12,401 bases of DNA. Source: Archangium sp. GTDB taxonomy: Bacteria > Myxococcota > Myxococcia > Myxococcales > Myxococcaceae. The position numbers were made by a program, and so were the translations under genes. The stretch covers positions 1 through 12,401 of the forward strand of contig JANLPS010000232.1 in the NCBI GenBank assembly GCA_031367385.1, in the 5' to 3' direction. The notes below the pieces were generated by a model, which had not been told where the DNA came from, made no database searches, and worked only from the letters and a program-made list of their open reading frames with translations. Shown in pieces: positions 1 to 7,808 of the stretch (the stretch's first letter is position 1; each line of letters starts with the position of its first letter).

Positions 1-50
1 CCCGGCCACGCCTGCGAGCGGCCGGGGCTCGTTGAAACAAAAACGCGGGC

Positions 51-647
51 TCAGTGGCCGACGAGCTCGGGCGCGATCGGGAAGTCAATCGCGACCTGCG
101 TGATGTTGTGGAGATAGTTCATGATTGTCTTGTCTCCGACGGCGACGACGAGATCGACGAGCGTACCCTTCGGGTAGCCCGCTGCGTAAAACGCCTCGAC
201 CGTCGCGGCCGACGGGCGACCCCGGCTCGCCGTGATCTCCTTGGCGAGACGAACGAGCGCGTCAAGCTTGGGGTCGGTGGCGCGGCCCCCGCGAATTCGC
301 ATCACTTCCTCATCGGTGAAGCCGTTCATCTTGCCCAGAACGGTGTGGGCGCTCTGACAGTACCGGCACCCATTCACCTGACTGACGACGAGGTTGACGG
401 CCTCCTTCTCTTTCTTCGACAACGAGGTCTTCCCCGAGCCGAGCGCCAGGTAGGTCGAAAGCGCGGTCTCAGAGTGAGCGAACGCCGCGTAGAGGTTCGG
501 AACGAAGCCAAGGAGCTTCTTGAGGTTGTCGAAGAGGCCCTGGTTCGAGGCCGAGACTTCATCGCGCGAGGGGAGGTTGAACGTTGGCAGTGCGCCGCTC
601 TTGGCGGGCGCGGCATCGATGGTGGAGGCGTTCTCGAGACGGGACAT
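51..647 (-). CDS. Carboxymuconolactone decarboxylase / AhpD-like alkylhydroperoxidase family protein (198 aa)
   Basis: Contains E-x11-C-x2-C-x3-H (EAVNLVVSQVNGCRYCQSAH), the AhpD-type motif, plus the family-typical 'GFVPNLY' and 'NYLHN...IDFP' segments. Start moved to ATG 647 (MSRLEN) because AGGAG lies just upstream. Confidence 0.9.
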   Translation of the reverse strand: MSRLENASTIDAAPAKSGALPTFNLPSRDEVSASNQGLFDNLKKLLGFVPNLYAAFAHSETALSTYLALGSGKTSLSKKEKEAVNLVVSQVNGCRYCQSAHTVLGKMNGFTDEEVMRIRGGRATDPKLDALVRLAKEITASRGRPSAATVEAFYAAGYPKGTLVDLVVAVGDKTIMNYLHNITQVAIDFPIAPELVGH

Positions 648-744
648 GGGTGCTCCTGGGTGCGGCGGCCGAAGGAGTCGGTCGACGTGCATGAGAAATA
701 CCCCCTGGCAACATCGACAACAATGAGTGCGATTGACACTTCAC

Positions 745-763
745 TATTGCGATTGTAGCAATA
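745..763. promoter_or_regulatory. LysR-type recognition site (T-N11-A within an inverted repeat)
   Basis: TATTGC-gattgta-GCAATA is a perfect 6-bp inverted repeat with a 7-nt spacer, in the AT-rich gap between the divergent genes, just before the LysR start. TGCGATTG also occurs twice (728-735, 748-755). Confidence 0.7.
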
Positions 764-769
764 ACAACC

Positions 770-1666
770 ATGGACCGATTTCAGGCGATGTCTGCGTTCG
801 TGACGGTGGCCGACCTGAAGGGCTTCGCGGCGGCGGCACGGCGGCTGCGGCTCTCGCCATCGGTCGTGACCCGGCTCGTGGCGGCGCTCGAAGAGCAACT
901 TGGGGCCCGGTTGCTCCAGCGCACCACCCGGTCGGTGACGCTAACCGATGCGGGCGCGCGCTACCTCGAGCGGGCGCGGCGCATTGTTGCCGATGTCGTC
1001 GAAGCCGAGGCGAGCGCGCAGGCTGATCGTACTGTGCCCACGGGGCGCTTCGCGGTGGCCGCACCGCTCGTGTTCGGTCGGCTCCACGCCGCGCCGCTCA
1101 TGTGCCGCTACCTCGCGAGGTACCCTTCGGTGCAAGGCGAGCTCACCCTGGGAGATCGTGCGGTGAACCTGGTCGAGGAGGGTTTAGACACCGCCATTCG
1201 AATCGGAAACCTCGTCGACTCAACGCTGGTGATGCGGGTCGTGGGTGCGACGCGTCGCGTGTTCGTGGCAGCGCCGAAGTACCTCGAACGCCACAAGCCC
1301 ATTCGCCGACCAGACGCCCTGAAAGGGCATCAGTTCATTCATTTCACCGCGCTCAGCGCCGCCCCGCAGTTGACCTTCACGCTTCGAGGGCAAGAGCAGT
1401 CGGTGTCGCTGGCCCCCTCGCTCATCACCAACAGCGCAGACGCAGCCATCGGGCATGCCCTGCTCGGCGGAGGCCTCACCATGGCGCTGGGCTACCAGGT
1501 GATCGAGGCCGTGCGCGCGAAGCGGCTGCAGGTCGTGCTGGAGGACTTCGAGCCCGCCCCGCTGCCAATTCACGTGCTCTACCCATCGACGAAGCTGCTC
1601 TCGGCGAAGGTGCGCGCCTTCGTCGACCTCGTCACCGCCTGCAATTGGCAGTTCGTCGACTTCTGA
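770..1666 (+). CDS. LysR-family transcriptional regulator (CrgA/DmlR-like, 298 aa)
   Basis: N-terminal HTH 'MDRFQAMSAFVTVAD..GFAAAARRL..SPSVVTRLVAALEEQLGARLLQRTTRSVTLT'; substrate-binding domain with 'NLVEEGLDTAIRIG' and 'SAKVRAFVD'. Confidence 0.96.
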   Translation: MDRFQAMSAFVTVADLKGFAAAARRLRLSPSVVTRLVAALEEQLGARLLQRTTRSVTLTDAGARYLERARRIVADVVEAEASAQADRTVPTGRFAVAAPLVFGRLHAAPLMCRYLARYPSVQGELTLGDRAVNLVEEGLDTAIRIGNLVDSTLVMRVVGATRRVFVAAPKYLERHKPIRRPDALKGHQFIHFTALSAAPQLTFTLRGQEQSVSLAPSLITNSADAAIGHALLGGGLTMALGYQVIEAVRAKRLQVVLEDFEPAPLPIHVLYPSTKLLSAKVRAFVDLVTACNWQFVDF

Positions 1667-1748
1667 AAGCTCGCGAGTGAGACGAGCACGGCGAGACTCG
1701 ACCGGCCCCACCCCAGAACAGCCCCAAACACATCGCCGAAGCCTGCGG

Positions 1749-3323
1749 TTACGGGCGACCGGTTTGGAGCGCCTCACGGCGAATGGCGCTCTCGATGAGC
1801 GAGACCTGCGCAAAGGAGCGGTCGTTGATCGCCTCGGCCAGTTGTTGCCGCAGCGCCTCGAGCGTTGCACCTGGTCGAGGGCTGACGCCGAGCCGCCTGA
1901 GCCAGTCGAGCACGAGCCGCTTCGACATCTTCACCGGGAGCGCCACCGCGACATCAGCAACCGTCGCTGTCGCCGTCGCCGTCGCCGAAGAAGCGCCCGT
2001 CGTGACGGCTGAAGCGCCCGCCCCACTCGAGCCCACTGCGACTGGTGACGTGGCAGCGGCAGGGGGCGCAACGTGAATCGCCGCCGCCTTTCTCAAGAAT
2101 TCATCTTCCGAGATGCTCGTGCGCGTGCCCGTCTCGGGGTCGCGCAGGTGCACTCGCCCATTGGAGAACCCCTCGAACGCCACGCAGTGATTGGTCGTGT
2201 CGTCGACCACCAAGTCGACCAACACCGGCCGATTCGGAGCCAAGCTCGTGTTCAACGTCTTCAGCGCGGTCGCGGCTTCGTCATCGGTGCTGATTCGGGT
2301 CGTTTGGTAGTCCACTCCGAAGAGCTGCGAGAGCGCGGTCTGAATCTGATCTCCATTGAGGCCGCGGTGGGTCTGCCCGTTGCCGCTGCTCTGCATCCTG
2401 TTCAAGTCGTACGTCTCCGAACCGTTGGCGAACTCCATCAGCGCACCTTGAAAGACAGCCTCGGTCGGAGAGCGCCTGTCTCGAGCGTCGATGCTGCCCT
2501 TGAGGGCACTGCCGGGTTCTGTCTGAAGCACGGCACCGCCGGCCATCTGCACCGAGGTGTCGACCGCGAGGCCGGTCATCAGGCGGGTGTATTCAGCGGG
2601 CTGTTTCGAGGCGAGCTCGAACTGCATCGTCGCGGCGGTGCAGGTCGGTGCGTCGCCCTGCCAAATGCGATCAGGCGTCACGACATCGGCGATCACGCCA
2701 GCAACGTAGGGCTGAAGGCCACTCTGCTTGGCCATTCGATCGAGCCCGTCGAGCACGGTCGAGCCATCGGTCGCGCGCTTGCTCCACACGTCGCCACACA
2801 CCTCGCACCCCATCGCCAACATCTGCGCCGCCTCGGGCCCGCAGGTGGCCATGATGTCGACGAACTTGTTTTTCTGATCAGCATCGAGCGCCTGAAACGA
2901 AGGGCTCGCAAAGGCATACGTCGCATCGCTGGCTGACGGCGAGTCAGTGCGTAAAAGCGCAGCGATTTGAGTCTTTGCCGTCTCTGACAGCCCCGCGGTC
3001 AGGGTGCGCTGGTCGAGCGGCCCAACGAGCTGCAACGTGGGCATGACGGTGGTCGGGCGCATGGCGGTCGTCTGCCCGTCGCCGATCGAGTCATCGTTGG
3101 TGCCCTTCTTTTTACCCTGTGTGTCGGCCGAGCGATCGAGGTCGAGCAGCGGTGCCTGTGGGTTGAGCACCATCGGGCTGGCCTTGGCGGCGTCGAATCC
3201 GCTCCCGTCGGCGGCCGGAGCACTGGCAGGCGCGGGCTCCTGTTGCGGCGCCGGCGCCTCATCATGCTCGACCTCGGCGACTGCGGGTGCGCTGCCAGTA
3301 TCGCCAACAGATGAAACGCCCAT
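1749..3323 (-). CDS. Hypothetical protein with putative papain-fold/C39-like cysteine peptidase domain (524 aa)
   Basis: Long ORF with GGAGG RBS (3332-3336). Q222-G-x3-T-C228, H379 (NHCVAFEG) and D395 (VHLRDP) are followed by 'G.RTSISEDEF'. Low-complexity N-terminus and an Ala/Thr linker before a small helical C-terminal module. Confidence 0.75.
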   Translation of the reverse strand: MGVSSVGDTGSAPAVAEVEHDEAPAPQQEPAPASAPAADGSGFDAAKASPMVLNPQAPLLDLDRSADTQGKKKGTNDDSIGDGQTTAMRPTTVMPTLQLVGPLDQRTLTAGLSETAKTQIAALLRTDSPSASDATYAFASPSFQALDADQKNKFVDIMATCGPEAAQMLAMGCEVCGDVWSKRATDGSTVLDGLDRMAKQSGLQPYVAGVIADVVTPDRIWQGDAPTCTAATMQFELASKQPAEYTRLMTGLAVDTSVQMAGGAVLQTEPGSALKGSIDARDRRSPTEAVFQGALMEFANGSETYDLNRMQSSGNGQTHRGLNGDQIQTALSQLFGVDYQTTRISTDDEAATALKTLNTSLAPNRPVLVDLVVDDTTNHCVAFEGFSNGRVHLRDPETGTRTSISEDEFLRKAAAIHVAPPAAATSPVAVGSSGAGASAVTTGASSATATATATVADVAVALPVKMSKRLVLDWLRRLGVSPRPGATLEALRQQLAEAINDRSFAQVSLIESAIRREALQTGRP

Positions 3324-3340
3324 GGGTGAAGCCTCCCCGG

Positions 3341-3350
3341 AGTTATCGCG
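3341..3350 (-). promoter_or_regulatory. Possible sigma28/FliA-like -10 element (CGCGATAACT)
   Basis: Resembles the GCCGATAA consensus and lies just upstream of the GGAGG RBS of the 524-aa gene. The -35 match is poor (no TAAA at N15). Confidence 0.35.
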
Positions 3351-3419
3351 AAATGGCCAGCAATTGGTTGCGCATACACCTACCCACAGCCAGTAATCGC
3401 TCGAGTTGCCTCGTTCAGC

Positions 3420-3530
3420 TCAGCTCGAACGTGGCAATCGGAGCGCCGCATCGATGGCCCGGCCCGCGTCGCGACCATCGGCGAAGGCCCAGACCATCAA
3501 GCTCGCTCCGCGAATTGCATCGCCGGCGCA
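3420..3530 (-). pseudogene. gltD: Remnant of the C-terminus of glutamate synthase small subunit / related flavoprotein reductase
   Basis: Translation CAGDAIRGASLMVWAFADGRDAGRAIDAALR matches the recalled GltD terminal motif 'AGD..RG.SLVVWAI.EGR.AA..ID..L'. The upstream in-frame sequence shows no GltD similarity. Confidence 0.6.
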
Positions 3531-3928
3531 GTGCGGCCCCACGAAGCCACCAAACGCCTCTCGACGCCCTCGAGCCGTGGTCATCAAGCCGAACGAAACA
3601 CCAAGAACTTCAAAGCGGGCAACCGAGGAGTGGGTATTGCGAGGGTGACGGTGAGCGAGATGTTTTGGTTGGCTGGTGGCCGCCAAAAAGCGCGCCGTCG
3701 AGTGCTCGTTGGTGGGCCACGGCGGAGAGTCAGCGCGGCGGTCGAAGCCCGGCGCGCAGCAGATGTACTCGCGCGGCGAGGGTGAGCGGTGGCGCTGGGC
3801 AAGAGGCGACTGGGCCGGGGCGCCCGAGCGCGGCGAGTCTTTCTGCGGCCTGTGGTCGCGCACCTGAGCATCGACACGATTGGGCTGTTGGCGACCAAAG
3901 ATCATTCGCCCGGCCGCCAAGCATCTGC

Positions 3929-4330
3929 TCAAGAAGCCGTAGAGCTCGAGCCAGCGAGCTGCACCGACGCCGCGCGGCGTCGACGAACGAACAAGAGCAC
4001 AGCGATGGTGAATGCAGCCAGCGCCACCACCGCGCCGACCCCGGCCAAGATTCGATTGGTATGAGCCTCATCGAGCTCTGCCCTCAACGCTTCGCCATCG
4101 TATTTTAGCCCGATGCGCGCCTGCTCGAAGTGGTCGCGGTCGGCTGGCTGAGCAGCCTGGAGCTCGCCGTCTTCTCCGAACTTGGCTGCTTCAAGGGTCG
4201 CGCGCTCAACCACCATCTTCGCGTTTATGGAGTCAGAAGAACGTTGATTCTCCTGGGATTTTGTCCACGCCGTGACAGTGAAAGCGACGGCGATGAGGGC
4301 GAGAGCGAGAGAGACGATGACGGGGCGCAT
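3929..4330 (-). CDS. Small hypothetical membrane protein (133 aa, two hydrophobic segments)
   Basis: N-terminal hydrophobic helix (VIVSLALALIAVAFTVTAW), helical soluble middle, C-terminal TM (ILAGVGAVVALAAFTIAVLLFV) followed by RRRR. Confidence 0.7.
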   Translation of the reverse strand: MRPVIVSLALALIAVAFTVTAWTKSQENQRSSDSINAKMVVERATLEAAKFGEDGELQAAQPADRDHFEQARIGLKYDGEALRAELDEAHTNRILAGVGAVVALAAFTIAVLLFVRRRRAASVQLAGSSSTAS

Positions 4331-4551
4331 GCCGTTTCATACCGCAGCTCGTCGAACGGAAGCGACGGGCGAGTCGGTCTTGAACGCCCGCGACTCCGGT
4401 TTCGTCTTGGGTACGCTTTTCGAGCGGCCTCGTCGGGCGTCGAGGCGTGCATTCAGGAAAACGCGCGCCACGCCGACAAATCGAGCGCGCCGCCCTCCCC
4501 TGCGCCAGCCACACGTCGCCCAGTAAATTGCCCATGCACCACGCGCCCATG

Positions 4552-4569
4552 TGACCTCAGGTGAGGTCA
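4552..4569. repeat. Perfect 8-bp inverted repeat (candidate operator or hairpin)
   Basis: TGACCTCA-GG-TGAGGTCA in the ~450-bp gap between the 133-aa gene and the aminotransferase. Confidence 0.5.
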
Positions 4570-4777
4570 AGGGCACGCCCGAGAGCACCCGGGCGAGCGC
4601 GTCGAACTGGCTCATTGTGCAGGCAGGCCCCCGTGACGTGCCCCGAGTTGTGTACCCGCGGAGCCAGCTCGTTCACGGAGACCTTGACCGCCGCGGCCCC
4701 CGACGGCCCGCGACGAGTTCCCAGCCCCGTCGAAAGGCCTCCACGCAACGGCTCTTCTCCTCGACCCGACAGCCCCT

Positions 4778-5890
4778 TCAGCCCCGCAGGCGGGTCAGCG
4801 ACCGCTCGATTGCGCCGAGGGTGGCCGAGAGGTCGTTCTTCGAGACCGCGCCCATGTGGCCGACCCGGAAATAGGTGGTCTTCAGGTCGGGGTGCAGCCC
4901 CCCGGCGACGGTGACGCCCTCGTCGGCGATGGCTTTGACCAGGCTGGCATCGATGCCCTTCGGGTACAGCAACGCAGACAGGGTGTGGGCGCGCAGCTCG
5001 GGGCGGCGAGGCAGGGTCTCGAAGCCCAACCTGGCCCAGCCGGAGTTCATCGTCTCGGCGACGCGCAGGTGGCGCTCGAGTCGAGCGGGCATGGTCTCGG
5101 CCACGATCAAGGCCAGGCTGGCATCGAGCGCGGTCACCAGGTTCACCGCCGGAGTCGCGAAGTACGCTGCCTTCTCGGCCTCGTAGGCTTCATGAATCGG
5201 CAGCCACTCGGCGAAGTCGCAATACACCGAGGCGACTGGGCTTTTGCGGGCCTTGAACGCGGCCATGGCCCGAGGGCCAACCATCAGCACTGCCAACCCA
5301 GGAGGCGCACCGAGGGCTTTTTGTGACGCGGTGAAGGCCACATCGACACCCCAGGTGTCCATCTCGAGGGCTTCTCCGCCGATGCTGCAGACGCCGTCGA
5401 CGATGACGAGGGCGCCATGCTTTCGACCGAGGGCCGCGAGCTCTTTGACGGGCGCGAGCACGCCGGTCGAGGTGTCGACGTGGGTGATGGTGAGAACTTT
5501 GACTCCACCGGTGAGCGCTTGCTCGACCTGGGTCAGCGTCGGCACGTCACCGGGGGCGGCCTTCACCTGCGTCACGGTCGCGCCGTGGCGCTCGAGCATC
5601 TTGGCGATGCGATCTGAGAAATACCCGGTGTTCACGACGACGGCGCGGTCACCCGATTCGATCACGTTCGCGACGGCCATCTCCATCGCCAGAGTGCCAC
5701 TGCCGGCGATGACGAAGGGTTGGCCGGTGGGGGCCATGAACACCCCGCGCAATTGCTTGAGCACCCGTGAGAAAATCTTGATGAACACCGGGTCGACGTG
5801 GCTGCGAGGTTTCTCACCGAGGGCACGAAGCACAGCCGGCTCGAGCTCGATCGGCCCGGGGATCATGAGCAAATGGCGTTCGGTGGTCAT
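4778..5890 (-). CDS. Class V PLP-dependent aminotransferase (alanine-glyoxylate / serine-pyruvate aminotransferase family, 370 aa)
   Basis: Motifs 'LLMIPGP', 'GSGTLAME', 'THVDTSTGV', 'VDGVCS', PLP-lysine 'TASQK.LG.PPGL', 'YFATP', 'FRVGHMG'. Start placed at ATG 5890 (MTTERH). Confidence 0.93.
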   Translation of the reverse strand: MTTERHLLMIPGPIELEPAVLRALGEKPRSHVDPVFIKIFSRVLKQLRGVFMAPTGQPFVIAGSGTLAMEMAVANVIESGDRAVVVNTGYFSDRIAKMLERHGATVTQVKAAPGDVPTLTQVEQALTGGVKVLTITHVDTSTGVLAPVKELAALGRKHGALVIVDGVCSIGGEALEMDTWGVDVAFTASQKALGAPPGLAVLMVGPRAMAAFKARKSPVASVYCDFAEWLPIHEAYEAEKAAYFATPAVNLVTALDASLALIVAETMPARLERHLRVAETMNSGWARLGFETLPRRPELRAHTLSALLYPKGIDASLVKAIADEGVTVAGGLHPDLKTTYFRVGHMGAVSKNDLSATLGAIERSLTRLRG

Positions 5891-5920
5891 GCGAGAGGGC
5901 AATACCACCCCCGTTCGAAA

Positions 5921-6586
5921 TTACCCCACTCGGGCGATCATGCCCTCGTTCACCCAGCTGGCGATCGCGGTGAACGCCTCAGCCGGTTCGGCGAACGGCT
6001 CGCACAAGGTCGGCAAGTCACCGGCCCCGCTCAAGAGTGCCTTGAGCGCACGCGCTTCGGCCTCGCTCACCTCGACATGAAACACCTCGAAACCCCGCCG
6101 CCACACGATGGTTCTCCCGGCCAACTGCAGCGACGGAGTCGGCGTCAACCGAACCAGCGCGAACGTCTCTTCGTTGATCACCGCCAGCGCCGAAGCCTCG
6201 GCGACCGGCCCGTTCGCGGCCACGAAGGCCTGTGACTCGGCCCACTCCAGCGCCGCGACATCGGCAAGAGCCGGCTCTTCACCGCGAAGAAATTCAGTGA
6301 ACGCGTGACCCAACTGCCCGAGCGAGAAGTGCTTCGACGGGTGCGCCTTGATGTACTTGGCGACCAGCACTTCGAACGCTTCGTCACCAACGGCGTGCAG
6401 CACTTTCACGAAGTCGGCGCGCAAGGTGTCGAGCATTCGAAGCCAGTACATCTCGGCGTACACGCCAACGCGGGTCGAGGGCTGGAGCGCTCCACCGTTG
6501 ACGACCAACGCCGCCGGCCCGTCGGGGATCTCGTCTGACCCCGCGACCCACTCGAAGAAATCGTTCTGGAGCTGATCGAGCTTCAC
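5921..6586 (-). CDS. bufC: DUF2063-type MNIO partner protein (BufC/HvfC-like, 221 aa)
   Basis: 'L..LQ..F', 'RVGVYAEMYWLRMLDTLRADF', 'VGDEAF..L...YI..HPS', 'DVAALEWA', 'VWRRGFEV'. GTG start overlaps the DUF692 gene stop (GTGA, 6583-6586). Confidence 0.85.
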   Translation of the reverse strand: MKLDQLQNDFFEWVAGSDEIPDGPAALVVNGGALQPSTRVGVYAEMYWLRMLDTLRADFVKVLHAVGDEAFEVLVAKYIKAHPSKHFSLGQLGHAFTEFLRGEEPALADVAALEWAESQAFVAANGPVAEASALAVINEETFALVRLTPTPSLQLAGRTIVWRRGFEVFHVEVSEAEARALKALLSGAGDLPTLCEPFAEPAEAFTAIASWVNEGMIARVG

Positions 6587-7422
6587 CCGAGCACCTCGGC
6601 CGAGATCTGTTCGGCCTTGCGACTCTCAGCGAGCAGCACGTCGAGCTCGGGCACGCCCTCGTCCCACTCGATTAACGTCGGCACTGCGCCGCCGAATCGC
6701 TCGAGCGCGTTACGGTACAGCGACCACACCGCGTCACTCACCTGCCCTTCGTGGGTATCGATGACGATGTTGCCGCGATCTTGATGGCCGGCGAGGTGAA
6801 ATTGCCCGACCCGGTCGACCGCGATGCCTGCGAGGTAGGCCTGCGGGTCGAAGCCGTGGTTGCGCGCTGAGACGTAGATGTTGTTCACGTCGAGCAAGAT
6901 GCTGCAGTCGGAGCGCTTCGCGATTTCGCTGATGAACTCCCACTCGGGCATCTCTGACTCGCGAAAGGTCACGTAACTCGACACGTTTTCGAGCATCAGC
7001 CGTCGCCCGAGGTACTGCTGCACGGCGTCGACGCGTTGCACGACGTGGTCGATTGCCTCGGCGGTGAACGGCAGCGGCAACAGGTCGTGTGAATAGCGGC
7101 CATGTGCGTGGCCCCAGCAGAGGTGATCAGAGACCATCGCGGGCTCGATGGCTTCGATGAGCGCCTTCCACTGTTTCAAGTAGACCTCGTCGAGCGGTTC
7201 GACGCTGCCGATGCCGAGCGAGACTCCGTGCAGAACGACGGGTCGATCGCGGCGTACTTTTTCGAGAACGGCGAGGGGGCGACCCCCGACACCCATGAAG
7301 TTCTCGGAGATCGCCTCGACCCACGCGACGGGCGGGTTCGAGGTCAAGAATTCGCCGTAGTGCTTCGATCGAAGGCCGACCCCGTGGCCTCGGAGGGGTT
7401 CGTGGTTCGACAGGCTCACCAT
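6583..7422 (-). CDS. bufB: DUF692 multinuclear non-heme iron-dependent oxidative enzyme (MNIO), BufB-like RiPP maturase (279 aa)
   Basis: Family motifs 'GVGLR..H', 'EAISENF', 'LHGVSL.IGS', 'SDHLCW', 'DLLPLP', 'LENVSSY', 'LLDVNNIYV', 'HLAGH', 'IDTH', 'LIEWD' are all present. Confidence 0.96.
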   Translation of the reverse strand: MVSLSNHEPLRGHGVGLRSKHYGEFLTSNPPVAWVEAISENFMGVGGRPLAVLEKVRRDRPVVLHGVSLGIGSVEPLDEVYLKQWKALIEAIEPAMVSDHLCWGHAHGRYSHDLLPLPFTAEAIDHVVQRVDAVQQYLGRRLMLENVSSYVTFRESEMPEWEFISEIAKRSDCSILLDVNNIYVSARNHGFDPQAYLAGIAVDRVGQFHLAGHQDRGNIVIDTHEGQVSDAVWSLYRNALERFGGAVPTLIEWDEGVPELDVLLAESRKAEQISAEVLG

Positions 7423-7459
7423 GAGAGTTGCCTTTCAGTGAGCCTGCCGGTGCCCAAAG

Positions 7460-7741
7460 TTACTTCGCGTCAGCGACGACCGCGCCGCCCTTGGCCTTGC
7501 AGTCTTTCTCAGAGAGCTTGATCCACCCCTTGCCCTTGCACTCGTTCTGACCGGCGCAGCCGTGGTTCGCGCCACCGCAGGCGCCCTTGCCTTTGCACTC
7601 GTTCACGTTCGCACAGCGAATCTCAGTGCTGGCAGCGGCCTTCGCGTCTTTCATCGGAGCCTTGTCGCCGGCAAACGCCGCACCCGCGAACATCGAGGCA
7701 ACGGCCGAAGCGAACACAACACCCTTGATGGTTTTGGTCAT
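7460..7741 (-). CDS. bufA2: Six-cysteine Sec-exported RiPP precursor, bufferin family 2 (BufA2)-like (93 aa)
   Basis: Signal peptide ending AAFA|GDK; core C-x5-C-x5-C-x6-C-x5-C-x12-C with two NECKGKG repeats; lies 37 nt upstream of the DUF692 gene. Confidence 0.85.
   Translation of the reverse strand: MTKTIKGVVFASAVASMFAGAAFAGDKAPMKDAKAAASTEIRCANVNECKGKGACGGANHGCAGQNECKGKGWIKLSEKDCKAKGGAVVADAK
7527..7604. repeat. Internal 21-nt direct repeat in the precursor (encodes NECKGKG twice)
   Basis: cccttgcccttgcactcgttc (7527-7547) and cccttgcctttgcactcgttc (7584-7604): one mismatch, 57-nt (19-codon) period. Confidence 0.85.
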
Positions 7742-7808
7742 GATTTCGATTTTCCTGAAGTGTGCCTTGAGAGGCCGATCGGAATTGATGGCGTCTCAGG
7801 TCGCCTTC

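Noticed and set aside
1..26. CCCGGCC...GGCCGGG hairpin downstream of the CMD gene as a terminator
   Set aside because: Cut by the window edge, so any U-tract on the minus strand is not visible.
1960..1990. Short (GTCGCC)n tandem run
   Set aside because: Encodes the Ala-Thr linker of the 524-aa protein; not an independent repeat element or CRISPR.
3929..4060. MYXO-CTERM call for the 133-aa protein (TM + RRRR)
   Set aside because: No Gly-Cys motif before the hydrophobic segment; simply a positive-inside TM anchor.
3287..4108. 273-aa plus-strand ORF across the 3.3-4.1 kb gap
   Set aside because: Arg/Ser/Pro-rich with no family motif; overlaps the better-supported 133-aa gene and the gltD-like fragment on the other strand.
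4552..4570. MerR-type promoter suggested by TTGACC plus palindrome on the minus strand
   Set aside because: No -10-like hexamer at 17-20 nt spacing and no MerR gene in the window.
4337..4615. 92-aa minus-strand ORF ending just before the 133-aa gene
   Set aside because: No RBS, no recognisable motif and an Arg-rich composition; not excluded, but unsupported.
7460..7741. Calling the cluster a methanobactin operon
   Set aside because: The precursor has a Sec signal and a six-Cys bufferin-like core rather than an MbnA leader/core, and the partner is DUF2063-like rather than MbnC.
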